Below, piece after piece: positions 30,710 to 40,406 of a stretch of 64,000 nucleotides of DNA (positions are counted from its first letter, which is position 1; every line of letters begins with the position of its first letter). The notes under the pieces are model-generated. The model did no database searches. It was given only the letters and a program-made list of their open reading frames with translations, and was not told the origin of the DNA. The translations under genes and the position numbers were made by a program. The stretch is from an uncultured Prolixibacteraceae bacterium (GTDB lineage: Bacteria; Bacteroidota; Bacteroidia; Bacteroidales; FEN-979), in assembly GCA_964642545.1 (NCBI GenBank), contig CAZXQU010000002.1:27321-91320 (forward strand). The letters run 5' to 3'.

Positions 30710-32389
30710 ATGAAACACTTGTTTGTTATACTTTCCGTTTTTATTTTTGCGTTCACTGTGTTTGCCCAGGAGCAAAAGCATGTTGTTTTTCTTACAGATA
30801 AGGACAACAACCCTTATTCTCTCTCTGACCCCGGGGCATTTCTGACTCAGCGATCACTTGATCGCAGGACAAATGCCAACATCTCACTCGATACAAAAGA
30901 CCTTCCCGTTACCCCTTCATATGTTGATCAAATTGCGGTAACCGGGGCTACGGTTGTATATTCCTTGAAATGGTTTAACGCTGTGGTTGTCAATACCAAT
31001 GACCAAGCCGTATTGGATGCTATCGCTGCCCTTCCTTTTGTTGACCATATTGATCAGGTACTGTCCAAAAGTCCCGGACAAGCTTCCGGAGGCTCGGGTG
31101 TAAATAAGAATGATGAAATCCCTCCATATACAATAACGAAACCGGTTTCTGCTATTTCAACAAAATCGACCGGCAGCCTGGATTATGGCCAGTCATATAA
31201 CCAAACGCATATGCTTTCACTCGACGGCCTGCACGATCTTGGCTACACCGGAGAGGGTATGATGATTGCTATCCTGGATGCCGGTTTTTATCATGTGGAC
31301 CAGATCTCGGCTTTTGACAGCCTGTGGCTCAACAACCAGATCCTTGGAACCCGCGATTTCAACCAACCCGGCAACAATGTATTTGGCGATGACATGCATT
31401 CTCATGGTATGATGGTTCTCTCGACAATTGGAGCTAACCTCCCTGGGGAGATGATTGGTACGGCACCTCATGCCTCATTTTGGCTTATCCGCACAGAAGT
31501 TGGTGACTATGAAGCGCTCATAGAGGAGTACAACTGGGATGCGGGAGCTGAATTTGCCGACAGTGTTGGTGCCGATGTGATCAATTCATCGCTCGGATAT
31601 ACCACATTCGACAATCCTGTTTATGATCATACTTATGCTGACATGGATGGCAATACGACCCCGATTACACGTGCAGCCGATCTGGCAACCAGTCGCGGCA
31701 TGATGATCGTAAACAGTGCCGGTAACTCCGGTGGATCTTCCTGGCAATATATCGGTGCACCGGCCGATGGCGACAGTGTATTCTCCATAGGAGCGGTGAA
31801 TGCGGCGGGGATGTATGCCTCTTTCAGCTCAACCGGCCCCACCTCCGACGGCAGAATCAAACCTGATGTTACGGCTCAGGGACAGGGTGCAGCAATCATT
31901 GATTCATGGGGTGGCGTCAGCCAGGGAAGCGGTACATCGTTTTCTTCGCCTATCATGGCGGGCGCCTTGGCTTGCTTATGGCAGTCGGCGCCCCAATCTA
32001 CAGCTCAGGAACTCCGCGATGCCGTCAGGAATACAGCTTCACAGGCAACTACTCCCGATATGCTTTATGGTTATGGAATCCCCAATATGATGAATGCCAT
32101 GCTTGTTTTTACAGCAGCTCCGGTAATGATTGAAAAGGAACAAACATTTTTACTTTTCCCAATCCCTTTCACCTCTTCTCCGTGGTTAAAATGTAACCTG
32201 AAGAGCGAAGAACTTGCATCTGTGGAGATTCTTTCCATCACCGGACAGCTGATAAGCAAACGCAGCTGCTTGATGAATCTCTCATCAACCCTTTTACTGA
32301 GCGATTTTGATCCGCTGTCAACCGGTATTTATATCGTTCGCATTATCAGTGCTTCCGGACAACAGGTTCTCAGGGCTGTAAAGCAGTAG
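30710..32389 (+). CDS. S8 subtilisin-like serine peptidase with T9SS C-terminal domain
   Basis: Catalytic triad ILDAG, HG and GTSFSSP; SAGNSG; C-terminal TGIYIV. TACCTTTG box at 30634. Confidence 0.92.
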   Translation: MKHLFVILSVFIFAFTVFAQEQKHVVFLTDKDNNPYSLSDPGAFLTQRSLDRRTNANISLDTKDLPVTPSYVDQIAVTGATVVYSLKWFNAVVVNTNDQAVLDAIAALPFVDHIDQVLSKSPGQASGGSGVNKNDEIPPYTITKPVSAISTKSTGSLDYGQSYNQTHMLSLDGLHDLGYTGEGMMIAILDAGFYHVDQISAFDSLWLNNQILGTRDFNQPGNNVFGDDMHSHGMMVLSTIGANLPGEMIGTAPHASFWLIRTEVGDYEALIEEYNWDAGAEFADSVGADVINSSLGYTTFDNPVYDHTYADMDGNTTPITRAADLATSRGMMIVNSAGNSGGSSWQYIGAPADGDSVFSIGAVNAAGMYASFSSTGPTSDGRIKPDVTAQGQGAAIIDSWGGVSQGSGTSFSSPIMAGALACLWQSAPQSTAQELRDAVRNTASQATTPDMLYGYGIPNMMNAMLVFTAAPVMIEKEQTFLLFPIPFTSSPWLKCNLKSEELASVEILSITGQLISKRSCLMNLSSTLLLSDFDPLSTGIYIVRIISASGQQVLRAVKQ

Positions 32390-32424
32390 TTTGTTTTTTC
32401 ATAATTTTGCGAAAACTCTTTAGC

Positions 32425-33705
32425 ATGAACTTCATTGAAGAACTACGCTGGCGTGGAATGATCCACGACATAACGCCGGGAACAGAGGAGCAACTGACAA
32501 AAGAGATGACCTGTGCCTATATCGGGTTTGATCCTACTTCCGATTCACTTCATATCGGGAACCTCGCCACCATCATGATGCTGGTTCACCTGCAACGGTC
32601 AGGGCACAAGCCCTTTGCTTTGGTTGGAGGTGCGACAGGAATGATTGGAGATCCTTCCGGAAAATCCGAAGAGCGTGTTCTTCTCAATGAAAACACATTG
32701 CGATATAATCAGCGATGCATCCAACGTCAATTGGAGAATTTCCTCGATTTCGATAAAGGGGAGAATTCTGCCGAGATGGTTAACAATTTCGACTGGACCA
32801 GCCAGTTTGGGTTTCTTGATTTTCTCAGGGATGTAGGAAAGCACATCACCGTCAATTATATGGTGGCGAAAGACTCAGTGAAAAACCGGATGGAATCTGG
32901 CTCCGGGATCTCATTTACCGAATTTTCATACCAGCTTGTGCAGGGTAACGATTTCTGCTGGCTCTATGAAAACAAGGAGGTGAAACTTCAGATGGGAGGA
33001 TCTGACCAGTGGGGAAATATCCTTACCGGAACCGAACTCATTCGACGTAAATTAGGTGGTGATGCCTTTGCCCTAACATGTCCTCTGATAACAAAAGCCG
33101 ATGGTGGAAAATTCGGAAAGACCGAAGAGGGGAACATCTGGCTCGATCCGGCAAAAACCTCACCCTATAAATTCTACCAGTTCTGGCTGAATACGTCGGA
33201 TGAAGATGCCGCCCAATATGTCAAAAAGTTCACCCTGCTCACCCGGGAGGAGATTGATTTGTTAGTCAAAGAACATCAACTGGCTCCCCATAACAGAATT
33301 CTCCAGAAAGCACTCGCAAAAGAGATTACCATCAGGGTGCACTCAGAAGCTGACTATATGGCTGCCCTCGAAGCCTCTGAGATCCTGTTTGGGAAAGGCA
33401 CCACGGAAACACTCAGTAAACTTCCTGTCTATATGCTTCTCTCTGTGTTTGAAGGAGTTCCACAAAGCGAAATAGCGAAAAGCGAAATAGCGAAATCCAT
33501 TCCTGTGGTTGAGTTTCTCACCGATTTTACAACAATCTTTTCATCGAAAGGGGAAGCCCGCAGAATGCTGAAGGATAAGGGCCTCTCCATCAACAAACAA
33601 AAGGTGACGGAAGAGTACGTAGTTGGGTTAACTGACTTATTGCAGGAGACGTACATCCTCGTGCAGAAAGGAAAGAAAAACTATTTCCTGGTGAAGGTAA
33701 CCTGA
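32425..33705 (+). CDS. tyrS: Tyrosine--tRNA ligase
   Basis: [19 protein letters not shown] and KFGKT; S4 domain. ATG 32425 follows a TAATTTTG box at 32402. Confidence 0.97.
   Translation: MNFIEELRWRGMIHDITPGTEEQLTKEMTCAYIGFDPTSDSLHIGNLATIMMLVHLQRSGHKPFALVGGATGMIGDPSGKSEERVLLNENTLRYNQRCIQRQLENFLDFDKGENSAEMVNNFDWTSQFGFLDFLRDVGKHITVNYMVAKDSVKNRMESGSGISFTEFSYQLVQGNDFCWLYENKEVKLQMGGSDQWGNILTGTELIRRKLGGDAFALTCPLITKADGGKFGKTEEGNIWLDPAKTSPYKFYQFWLNTSDEDAAQYVKKFTLLTREEIDLLVKEHQLAPHNRILQKALAKEITIRVHSEADYMAALEASEILFGKGTTETLSKLPVYMLLSVFEGVPQSEIAKSEIAKSIPVVEFLTDFTTIFSSKGEARRMLKDKGLSINKQKVTEEYVVGLTDLLQETYILVQKGKKNYFLVKVT
33466..33496 (+). repeat. AGCGAAA(T) tandem repeat inside tyrS
   Basis: AGCGAAAT AGCGAAA AGCGAAAT AGCGAAAT encodes [11 protein letters not shown]. 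Confidence 0.8.
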
Positions 33706-33750
33706 TAACTCAGCAATTACTGATCGCAAAGATGTTGGAATAACTGGTCG

Positions 33751-34542
33751 TCACGAAAATTTCAACATCAGGATATATCCTACCCGAACGGCTTCGCCAT
33801 CCTGTTTCCCGGGCTTCCACCTCGGCATCGATTCAATCCCACGGATAGCCTCTTCACCACATCCATTACCCATTTCCCGAACCAATTTTACATTGGAAAC
33901 AGAACCATCTTCTTCAACGACAAAATGAACAAACAGGCTTGTATTTTGGATCGATCCATCAAGATTGGATGGACAAGAGATATTCTCAGCCAAAAATTTA
34001 CTCAATGCTTCATCTCCCCCAGGAAATGCCGGCGATTCTTCCACTGTGTTATAAATCTGATCTTTTGGGGAAGGAAGATATTGAACAGCTGTTCTGTCTA
34101 TCTTTTGTTCCTCTTTCTGCATCATCTCTGCCTGTGCAATCTGCAGGTTCCGTTGCCGGACCATATAGTTGATGACCGTTCCAATCCCAATCAGGATCAG
34201 GATGGAAGCTGCAACACCCAGGGTGGTCCAGATTTTCCGCGAAGCAAACCAGCTCTCTTTACTAACACGTTCATCGATTCTTTCATTCGTCTCTTCCCCT
34301 GATCTGCCTGAACCTGTCTCTTCTATTTTCCTTGTGATCCGGTCTTTAAGTTCAAGAATACTTTCACTCAGCATTTCCCCTGAATGATCTGCCATATACA
34401 ACTTGATGCCCTCAACAGCCGCTTCACACAACTCACAGTCGGCCAAATGAGCCTCTGTCAATGCCAGCATATCGAAACTAAGACCCCTACTCAGGTATTG
34501 CAGGATCGTCTCCCCTGTCAGGCAATTATCGTTCGTTGACAT
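33751..34542 (-). CDS. Putative anti-sigma factor: zinc-binding ZAS motif, one TM helix and a TonB C-terminal domain
   Basis: HLADCELC; TM LGVAASILILIGIG; PAFPGG...FVVEEDGSV...MPRWKPGKQDG. Confidence 0.8.
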   Translation of the reverse strand: MSTNDNCLTGETILQYLSRGLSFDMLALTEAHLADCELCEAAVEGIKLYMADHSGEMLSESILELKDRITRKIEETGSGRSGEETNERIDERVSKESWFASRKIWTTLGVAASILILIGIGTVINYMVRQRNLQIAQAEMMQKEEQKIDRTAVQYLPSPKDQIYNTVEESPAFPGGDEALSKFLAENISCPSNLDGSIQNTSLFVHFVVEEDGSVSNVKLVREMGNGCGEEAIRGIESMPRWKPGKQDGEAVRVGYILMLKFS

Positions 34543-35125
34543 CTTCTAACATGATTTTTAAGTTACGCTTCCCATTTTGAATATAACTCTTCACTTTGTC
34601 GTATAAATATCCTGTATGATCCACAATCTCCTGATACGAATAGTCCTCAAAATAGAATAATACAATGCAAATTCTCTGCTCCTCTTTTAACCGGTCAATT
34701 GACTGACGAAGCCCCTTTTCAGAGGCCGCTTGTAAGGAGGCGTCAACAGGATACTTTCTGTCAGGAAATTCCATAATTTCCGCTTCAAGTTCCCTCGTTT
34801 TGTTCGCTTTGTACCTTGCTTCCGTCCCCTCATGCCTCAGGATAAGCAGGCAATAATTTTTTGAGATGGTATAGAGCCAGTTTTTTGCATTGCGGATTTC
34901 CTGGTTTGTAGGGTAAGTAAGAAGTTTCTCAAAGATACTCATAACGGCATCTTTCGCTTTTTCTTCATCTTTTAGGTATTTGAAGCAGACTCCAAAAACG
35001 AGATGACGAAAATGAAGAAACAACTCCGTAGCGGTTGCTTTATCACGGTAAATCAGGTATCTCCTGATCAGTTCCTCATCTGAAATCAACGATTTATTCA
35101 GTTCGCCGGAGAGGTTGTGAGTCAT
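34526..35125 (-). CDS. ECF sigma-70 factor
   Basis: DEELI, AKDAVMSIFEK, KNWLYTISKN and SYQEI...VKSYIQNGKRNLK. Confidence 0.93.
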   Translation of the reverse strand: MTHNLSGELNKSLISDEELIRRYLIYRDKATATELFLHFRHLVFGVCFKYLKDEEKAKDAVMSIFEKLLTYPTNQEIRNAKNWLYTISKNYCLLILRHEGTEARYKANKTRELEAEIMEFPDRKYPVDASLQAASEKGLRQSIDRLKEEQRICIVLFYFEDYSYQEIVDHTGYLYDKVKSYIQNGKRNLKIMLEDVNER

Positions 35126-35152
35126 CAGGTTGAATAGAAACGAAAGATGTAT

Positions 35153-36844
35153 TTATTCCACAAACTGTTTTGCGTAGTACTTAGCCGTGAGTTTTTCTCC
35201 GGTTGCCTTTTCAATCATGTCATTCCAGTAATATTTGGAACCCATCGTAAAGACATTGGCTTTCAGGTAATCCCCAACTTCTTTGTTGTTAACAAAGCTC
35301 TGGAATTTGTAATCATCCGATTGGAGAATAGTTGCAACTATGTAATAATAGAGTTGTGATGCCAATAGCTCTCCTAAAAGATAGTTGTGGTAATAGCAGG
35401 GGAAGAGCGCCATATGGATCTTGGTAGCCCAATCAGGTTCATTGCGATCGGGTGGGCGTTTCATTAGTTGATACTCTTCAACAAGGTCCCACCACAACGT
35501 ATTCAGGTCCTGCTCCGGATCTTCGTACATCGCTTTTTCAAAACGGTACATGACCTGCGACCAGCGGGAGAATACAAGTTGCTCCAGTCGAAGAGTTTTG
35601 AAACAGTTATCGGCAATCTTCATCTTCTCCTCATCACTGATTCCCACCATATCGTGCAGCCACTGGGGGCTGGAAGCCTGCCTGCCGAATAGCATGGCAA
35701 TGGCTTCAGTTGTAAAGGTGTGAGCAGGTTCCCGGAGGATGAACGGAAGCGAGTGATCGATGTTGTAATCGTATACCGCATGGCCATACTCATGCAGCAT
35801 CGTATTCATCCAATAGGAGTTAGGCTTGATGTTGCAGAGTACCCTCACATCTTCCAGTTTGTCAATGTTGATACAGAAGGCATGTTGATTTTTACCCTCC
35901 TTTTCTTTCAAGTCACTATTTTTCAACATCTCATCAATCGGCAGTCCGATGCCATAGTAATAGGCTGCAGTGAGAGATTCCAGGTCTTTATCAGCATAAT
36001 ACGAAGAGAGGTCGACATCATAGATCCGCGGTGCCTCCTGGAAAAATCGGTTCTGGTAGTTCCATGGCATCAGGTCATCCTTGCTTTTAAGATTATAGTA
36101 ATTGACAAAATAGTTGTCGATATCATCTTTAACTTCAGCATAAACTCCCTTGGTAAGGGTGTCAAGTTCATTGAACAGATCGGTAATCACCCGTGGATCC
36201 TGTTCGCCGAGAATGAGCTGCATCTGGTGGTAATTCTTAAATCCCATATCCTTGGCCACCTCATTGCGCAGGATAACCAGTTTGATCACATCGTCGGCCA
36301 CTACCCGCCCAATCTTCTTCTGGGCCATCCATACTTGTTTCTGTTTGTTTACATCCTTTGAATTTCTGAGAATTTCCTCTACATCATTGTCCGTCAGCTC
36401 TTTTCTGTTAACCTGAGTTCTGAAGATGGAAAATTCCCGCTCAATTTTGGTCTCCATCTTTACAATTTCATTCAGCTTCGATGTATCAGCCTTTGCCATT
36501 AAAAACTGGTTGTACAAGAGGTCCAGTTGGCGAGAAAGAAGGGTGTCATTCACCAATCCTGATACTTTGATCTTCTGGAGGGTTTCCAATGCTAATGTAT
36601 CCGAATAGATCTCAACCATTTTCAGCTGAAGTTCCTGGGCTTTGTTGAAATCCTCTTCAGATCCGGTGATTGCAGCTTGCCAATAGGCAAGGTTGGTCTC
36701 CTTCGACAGGGGGATTACGACTGAATCGTGCTTCTTAATAAAATCAACCAGTTCCTCTTTCATCTGTTTTTGTTTTGTCTGGCATCCGGCTAAAAATCCA
36801 ATTGCCAGAACCGCTAAAAAAATTTTGTTTAACCTCTTCATCAT
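35153..36844 (-). CDS. M2/M3-like (gluzincin) metallopeptidase lipoprotein
   Basis: Lipobox LAGC; HEYGH, downstream TEAIA and YYHNY. Confidence 0.85.
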   Translation of the reverse strand: MMKRLNKIFLAVLAIGFLAGCQTKQKQMKEELVDFIKKHDSVVIPLSKETNLAYWQAAITGSEEDFNKAQELQLKMVEIYSDTLALETLQKIKVSGLVNDTLLSRQLDLLYNQFLMAKADTSKLNEIVKMETKIEREFSIFRTQVNRKELTDNDVEEILRNSKDVNKQKQVWMAQKKIGRVVADDVIKLVILRNEVAKDMGFKNYHQMQLILGEQDPRVITDLFNELDTLTKGVYAEVKDDIDNYFVNYYNLKSKDDLMPWNYQNRFFQEAPRIYDVDLSSYYADKDLESLTAAYYYGIGLPIDEMLKNSDLKEKEGKNQHAFCINIDKLEDVRVLCNIKPNSYWMNTMLHEYGHAVYDYNIDHSLPFILREPAHTFTTEAIAMLFGRQASSPQWLHDMVGISDEEKMKIADNCFKTLRLEQLVFSRWSQVMYRFEKAMYEDPEQDLNTLWWDLVEEYQLMKRPPDRNEPDWATKIHMALFPCYYHNYLLGELLASQLYYYIVATILQSDDYKFQSFVNNKEVGDYLKANVFTMGSKYYWNDMIEKATGEKLTAKYYAKQFVE

Positions 36845-36853
36845 CTGATTATT

Positions 36854-36960
36854 ATTCGCTGTTCGCTTTTCGTTATTCGCTTTTCGCTATTTTCCTTCTC
36901 CCTAATTTCCTATTTTCCTATTTTCCTACTTCCCTACTCCTCTACTCCCCTACCTTCCAA
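36854..36960. repeat. Composite tandem repeat: five heptamers (nTTCGCT) then nine octamers (nTTTCCTA-like)
   Basis: ATTCGCT GTTCGCT TTTCGTT ATTCGCT TTTCGCT, then ATTTTCCT TCTCCCTA ATTTCCTA TTTTCCTA TTTTCCTA CTTCCCTA CTCCTCTA CTCCCCTA CCTTCCAA. Confidence 0.85.
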
Positions 36961-36961
36961 C

Positions 36962-38488
36962 TTATACTTCCCTCTCCCACTTCGCACCCTCTTTGGTATC
37001 TTTCACTACAATGCCCAGTTTCCCCAGCTCATCCCTGATCCGGTCGGAACCGCTCCAATCCTTTCGTGAACGGGCATCTTGCCGTAGTTGGATGATCAAC
37101 TTCATCAGGCCCTCAACGCTCTCTGATTGATCTTCGGAAGACTCATCCTCAAGAGCCAGAATGTCTGTAACGAAAGTGTTAAAAAGGCCTTGCAATTGGG
37201 TTAACTCTTCGTTTGTCAGGGTCTCTTTACCCTCCTTGACAGCATTGATGATCCTGACCGCTTCAAAGAGATTGGCAATCACCATCGGACTGTTGAAGTC
37301 GTCGTTCATGGCGGCGTAGCAGCTGGCAGTGAGATTCGTGATCCGTGATCCGTGATCCGTGATGTCGGATGCCGGATGCCGGATGCCGGATGCCGGATCC
37401 TGCTGCCGACTGCCAACTGCCGACTGAAGATCTTTTAATGTTCCCCAGGCTGACATCAGTTTTTTCAATCCTTTCTCCGCTGCCTGTAAGGCTTCATTGG
37501 AGAAATCGAGGGTGCTGCGGTAATGAGCCATCAGGATGAAGAATCGAATGGTCATTGGACTATATGCTTGCTCAAGAAGGGGGTTGTTCCCACTGAAAAA
37601 CTCCTCAAGTGTAACGGAGTTACCGAGGGATTTACCCATCTTCTGCCCGTTGATAGTGATCATGTTGTTATGTAACCAATATTTTACTGCATCTTTCCCG
37701 TTTGCGATCCTCGACTGTGCGATTTCGCATTCGTGATGCGGGAAGAGCAGGTCCATGCCGCCTCCGTGGATGTCGAATTGTTCCCCTAAATACCTCGTTC
37801 CCATAGCCGAACACTCCAGGTGCCAACCAGGGAAGCCATCGCTCCAGGGAGAGGGCCAGCGCATGATGTGTTCGGGTTGAGCCTTTTTCCAAAGTGCAAA
37901 ATCGGCCGGATTACGTTTTTCTTCCTGTCCATCAAGTTGTCGGGTGTTAGAGATTAGGTCTTCCAGCTTCCTTCCCGATAATTTTCCGTACTGGTGAGAT
38001 TTGTTGTACTTCTCTATGTCAAAATAGACCGACCCATTGTTGATGTAAGCAAATTCGGCATCCAGAATTTTCTTTATCATTTCAACCTGCTCGATGATAT
38101 GCCCTGATGCCCTGGGTTCGATGCTTGGCTGAAGTACGTTTAGCATGGTCATAAAGCGATGGTACCTGTCTGTGTAATATTGTACCACTTCCATCGGCTC
38201 CACCTGATCCAACTTTGCTTTTTTCGCTATTTTATCTTCCCCTTCATCAAGGTCCTGCTCCAGGTGGCCAACATCTGTAATATTCCTCACATACCTCACC
38301 TTGTACCCAAGGTGTTTCAGGTATCGGAACACCAGGTCGAATGTGATGGCCGGACGAGCATGGCCAAGGTGGGGATCACCATAGACTGTAGGACCGCAAA
38401 CATACATCCCAACAAAGGGTTCCTTCAATGGGATAAAGAGTTCCTTCTCACGGCTCAATGTGTTGTAAACAGAAAGGTTATGCTCCAT
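36962..38488 (-). CDS. cysS: Cysteine--tRNA ligase with a repeat-derived in-frame segment
   Basis: [23 protein letters not shown] and KMGKS. TAACTTTG box on - at 38507-38514. Confidence 0.97.
   Translation of the reverse strand: MEHNLSVYNTLSREKELFIPLKEPFVGMYVCGPTVYGDPHLGHARPAITFDLVFRYLKHLGYKVRYVRNITDVGHLEQDLDEGEDKIAKKAKLDQVEPMEVVQYYTDRYHRFMTMLNVLQPSIEPRASGHIIEQVEMIKKILDAEFAYINNGSVYFDIEKYNKSHQYGKLSGRKLEDLISNTRQLDGQEEKRNPADFALWKKAQPEHIMRWPSPWSDGFPGWHLECSAMGTRYLGEQFDIHGGGMDLLFPHHECEIAQSRIANGKDAVKYWLHNNMITINGQKMGKSLGNSVTLEEFFSGNNPLLEQAYSPMTIRFFILMAHYRSTLDFSNEALQAAEKGLKKLMSAWGTLKDLQSAVGSRQQDPASGIRHPASDITDHGSRITNLTASCYAAMNDDFNSPMVIANLFEAVRIINAVKEGKETLTNEELTQLQGLFNTFVTDILALEDESSEDQSESVEGLMKLIIQLRQDARSRKDWSGSDRIRDELGKLGIVVKDTKEGAKWEREV
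37333..37423 (-). repeat. Thirteen tandem heptamers inside cysS
   Basis: On +: GATTCGT (GATCCGT)3 GATGTCG (GATGCCG)4 GATCCTG CTGCCGA CTGCCAA CTGCCGA. Confidence 0.92.
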
Positions 38489-38588
38489 GGATCAGCGAAT
38501 TCGCAACAAAGTTAAGAAATTAAAACTTGCTAAAAGATTAACAATAAACTTCCTACTTTTGCAAACGAAACCAACAATTCTTCAACAG

Positions 38589-39536
38589 ATGGAAAAAATT
38601 CTGGTCATTGGATGTTCAGGACAAATTGGTTCTGAACTAACCCTTGAACTACGTAAAATGTATGGCGACAGCAACGTCGTTGCTACGGATATCCGACCTG
38701 CTCCAGCCGATATTCTGGAGAGTGGTCCGTTCGAGATCCTTGATGTACTGGATGCAGGAAAACTTCAGTTGATCTGCGAGCATGAAAAGATCACCCAGGT
38801 ATATCACCTGGCGGCCATCCTCTCAGGCAACGCCGAAAAACGCCCTATGCCCTCCTGGGATATCAACATGCGCAGCCTCTTCAATGTACTGGAGATCGGA
38901 AAAGCACTAAAAATTAAAAAAATATTCTGGCCAAGCTCCATCGCAGTTTTTGGTCCAACGACTCCCCGGATGAATACCCCTCAGTATACCATCATGGAGC
39001 CGAATACAGTTTACGGCATCAGTAAGCTTGCTGGCGAGCGATGGATTGAATATTACTACCAGAAGTATGGTATAGATACACGTAGCTTGCGCTATCCCGG
39101 ACTGATCAGCTACAAGACGGAAGCCGGTGGCGGCACAACTGACTATGCGGTGGAGATCTTCTATGATGCCATCAGGAAAGGAAACTATAAATGCTTCCTG
39201 AGCAGCGAAACGGCTCTTCCGATGATGTTCATGCCCGATGCTATCAAAGCAACCATTGATGTGATGGAAGCTGAGGCATCAAAGCTAAGCCTGCGGTCAA
39301 GCTATAATGTTGCCGGAATCTGCTTTACCCCGCATACCCTGGCCAATGAGATCAAAAATCATATCCCCGGTTTTGAGATCACCTACAAACCCGATTTTCG
39401 CCAGGCGATTGCCGACTCGTGGCCCGATTGTATTGACGACAGTGTAGCACAAAAAGATTGGGGTCTTACCTATGAATACAATCTGCCCCGCATGACGCAG
39501 GTGATGATTGATGAGATCAAGAAGAAATTAGTTTAA
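38589..39536 (+). CDS. tdh: L-threonine 3-dehydrogenase (SDR type)
   Basis: GCSGQIG, HLAAILS, PSSIAVFG, YGISK and GGGTTDY. ATG 38589 follows TACTTTTG at 38554. Confidence 0.85.
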   Translation: MEKILVIGCSGQIGSELTLELRKMYGDSNVVATDIRPAPADILESGPFEILDVLDAGKLQLICEHEKITQVYHLAAILSGNAEKRPMPSWDINMRSLFNVLEIGKALKIKKIFWPSSIAVFGPTTPRMNTPQYTIMEPNTVYGISKLAGERWIEYYYQKYGIDTRSLRYPGLISYKTEAGGGTTDYAVEIFYDAIRKGNYKCFLSSETALPMMFMPDAIKATIDVMEAEASKLSLRSSYNVAGICFTPHTLANEIKNHIPGFEITYKPDFRQAIADSWPDCIDDSVAQKDWGLTYEYNLPRMTQVMIDEIKKKLV

Positions 39537-40356
39537 ACGCCTCCTTCATCCGAACCCCTTTATCCGTCTGTTCAACAGTACAGCATTCGTTGTTGATGTC
39601 GTGTTCGAAAAAGAGGATATATCCCTTTTCAGCAGCCTCATTCATGAACTTCTCCTTCTCTTCCAGTGTAATCAGTGGCCGGGTGTCGTAACTCATCACA
39701 TAGGGTAATGGAATATGAGCGGTGGAGGGAAGCAGATCAGCCATGTATACAATGGTCTTGCCGTTGTATTGAATGAAAGGAATCACCTGTCCGTTGGTAT
39801 GTCCATGAAACAGACGTACCGAAATTCCAGGGATGATCTCACTATCCTCGTCAATCAATTTCAACGTTCCTTTTTCTTTGATCGGCAGAATGTTCTCTTT
39901 TAGGAATGAGGCCTTTTCGCGGTTGTTCGGGTTGGTTGCCCATTCCCATTGCTGATGACTCGTCCAGTAAGTGGCATTGGGAAAAGTTGGAATGTAATCC
40001 GTTTTATCTTCATTCCAACGTATCGCTCCACCGGCATGGTCGAAATGAAGGTGGGTAAGGATAACATCTGTGATGTCGTTTACGGTAAAGCCAACTTTAG
40101 CCAATGATCCGTCGAGGGTATTCTCTCCGTTCAGAAAATAATGCCCGAGGAATTTCTGGGATTGCTTATCACCTATTCCACAGTCGATCAAAACCTTCCT
40201 GTCGCCTGTATCAATCAGCAGGCAGCGCATCGACCAGTTGCAGAGGTTGTTCTCGTCGCACGGGTATAATTTACTCCACATCACCTTGGGAACCACGCCA
40301 AACATGGCACCGCCGTCAAGCTTCAGGTTTCCGGTATTGATAGCATATAGTTTCAT
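39517..40356 (-). CDS. MBL-fold metallo-hydrolase (YtnP-like)
   Basis: LDGGAMFGVVPK, THLHFDHAGG, GHT and FEHD. Confidence 0.9.
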   Translation of the reverse strand: MKLYAINTGNLKLDGGAMFGVVPKVMWSKLYPCDENNLCNWSMRCLLIDTGDRKVLIDCGIGDKQSQKFLGHYFLNGENTLDGSLAKVGFTVNDITDVILTHLHFDHAGGAIRWNEDKTDYIPTFPNATYWTSHQQWEWATNPNNREKASFLKENILPIKEKGTLKLIDEDSEIIPGISVRLFHGHTNGQVIPFIQYNGKTIVYMADLLPSTAHIPLPYVMSYDTRPLITLEEKEKFMNEAAEKGYILFFEHDINNECCTVEQTDKGVRMKEAFKLISS

Positions 40357-40359
40357 AAA

Positions 40360-40406
40360 AAGTCAGAAGTTAGAAGGTAGAAGTACGAAGTATTCACTAT
40401 TTCGCT
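40360..40406. repeat. Heptamer tandem repeat in the spacer between the buk-like and MBL genes
   Basis: AAGTCAG AAGTTAG AAGGTAG AAGTACG AAGTATT, followed by TTCACTATTTCGCT. Confidence 0.7.

Noticed and set aside
35720-36361. 213-aa ORF on + strand
   Set aside because: Antisense shadow of the peptidase gene.
36775-37038. 87-aa hydrophobic ORF (YSLFAFRYSLFAIF...)
   Set aside because: Translation of the heptamer/octamer spacer; it overlaps two real genes on the other strand.
36854-37423. Repeat arrays considered as CRISPR
   Set aside because: Units are 7-8 bp with no unique spacers, and there are no cas genes.
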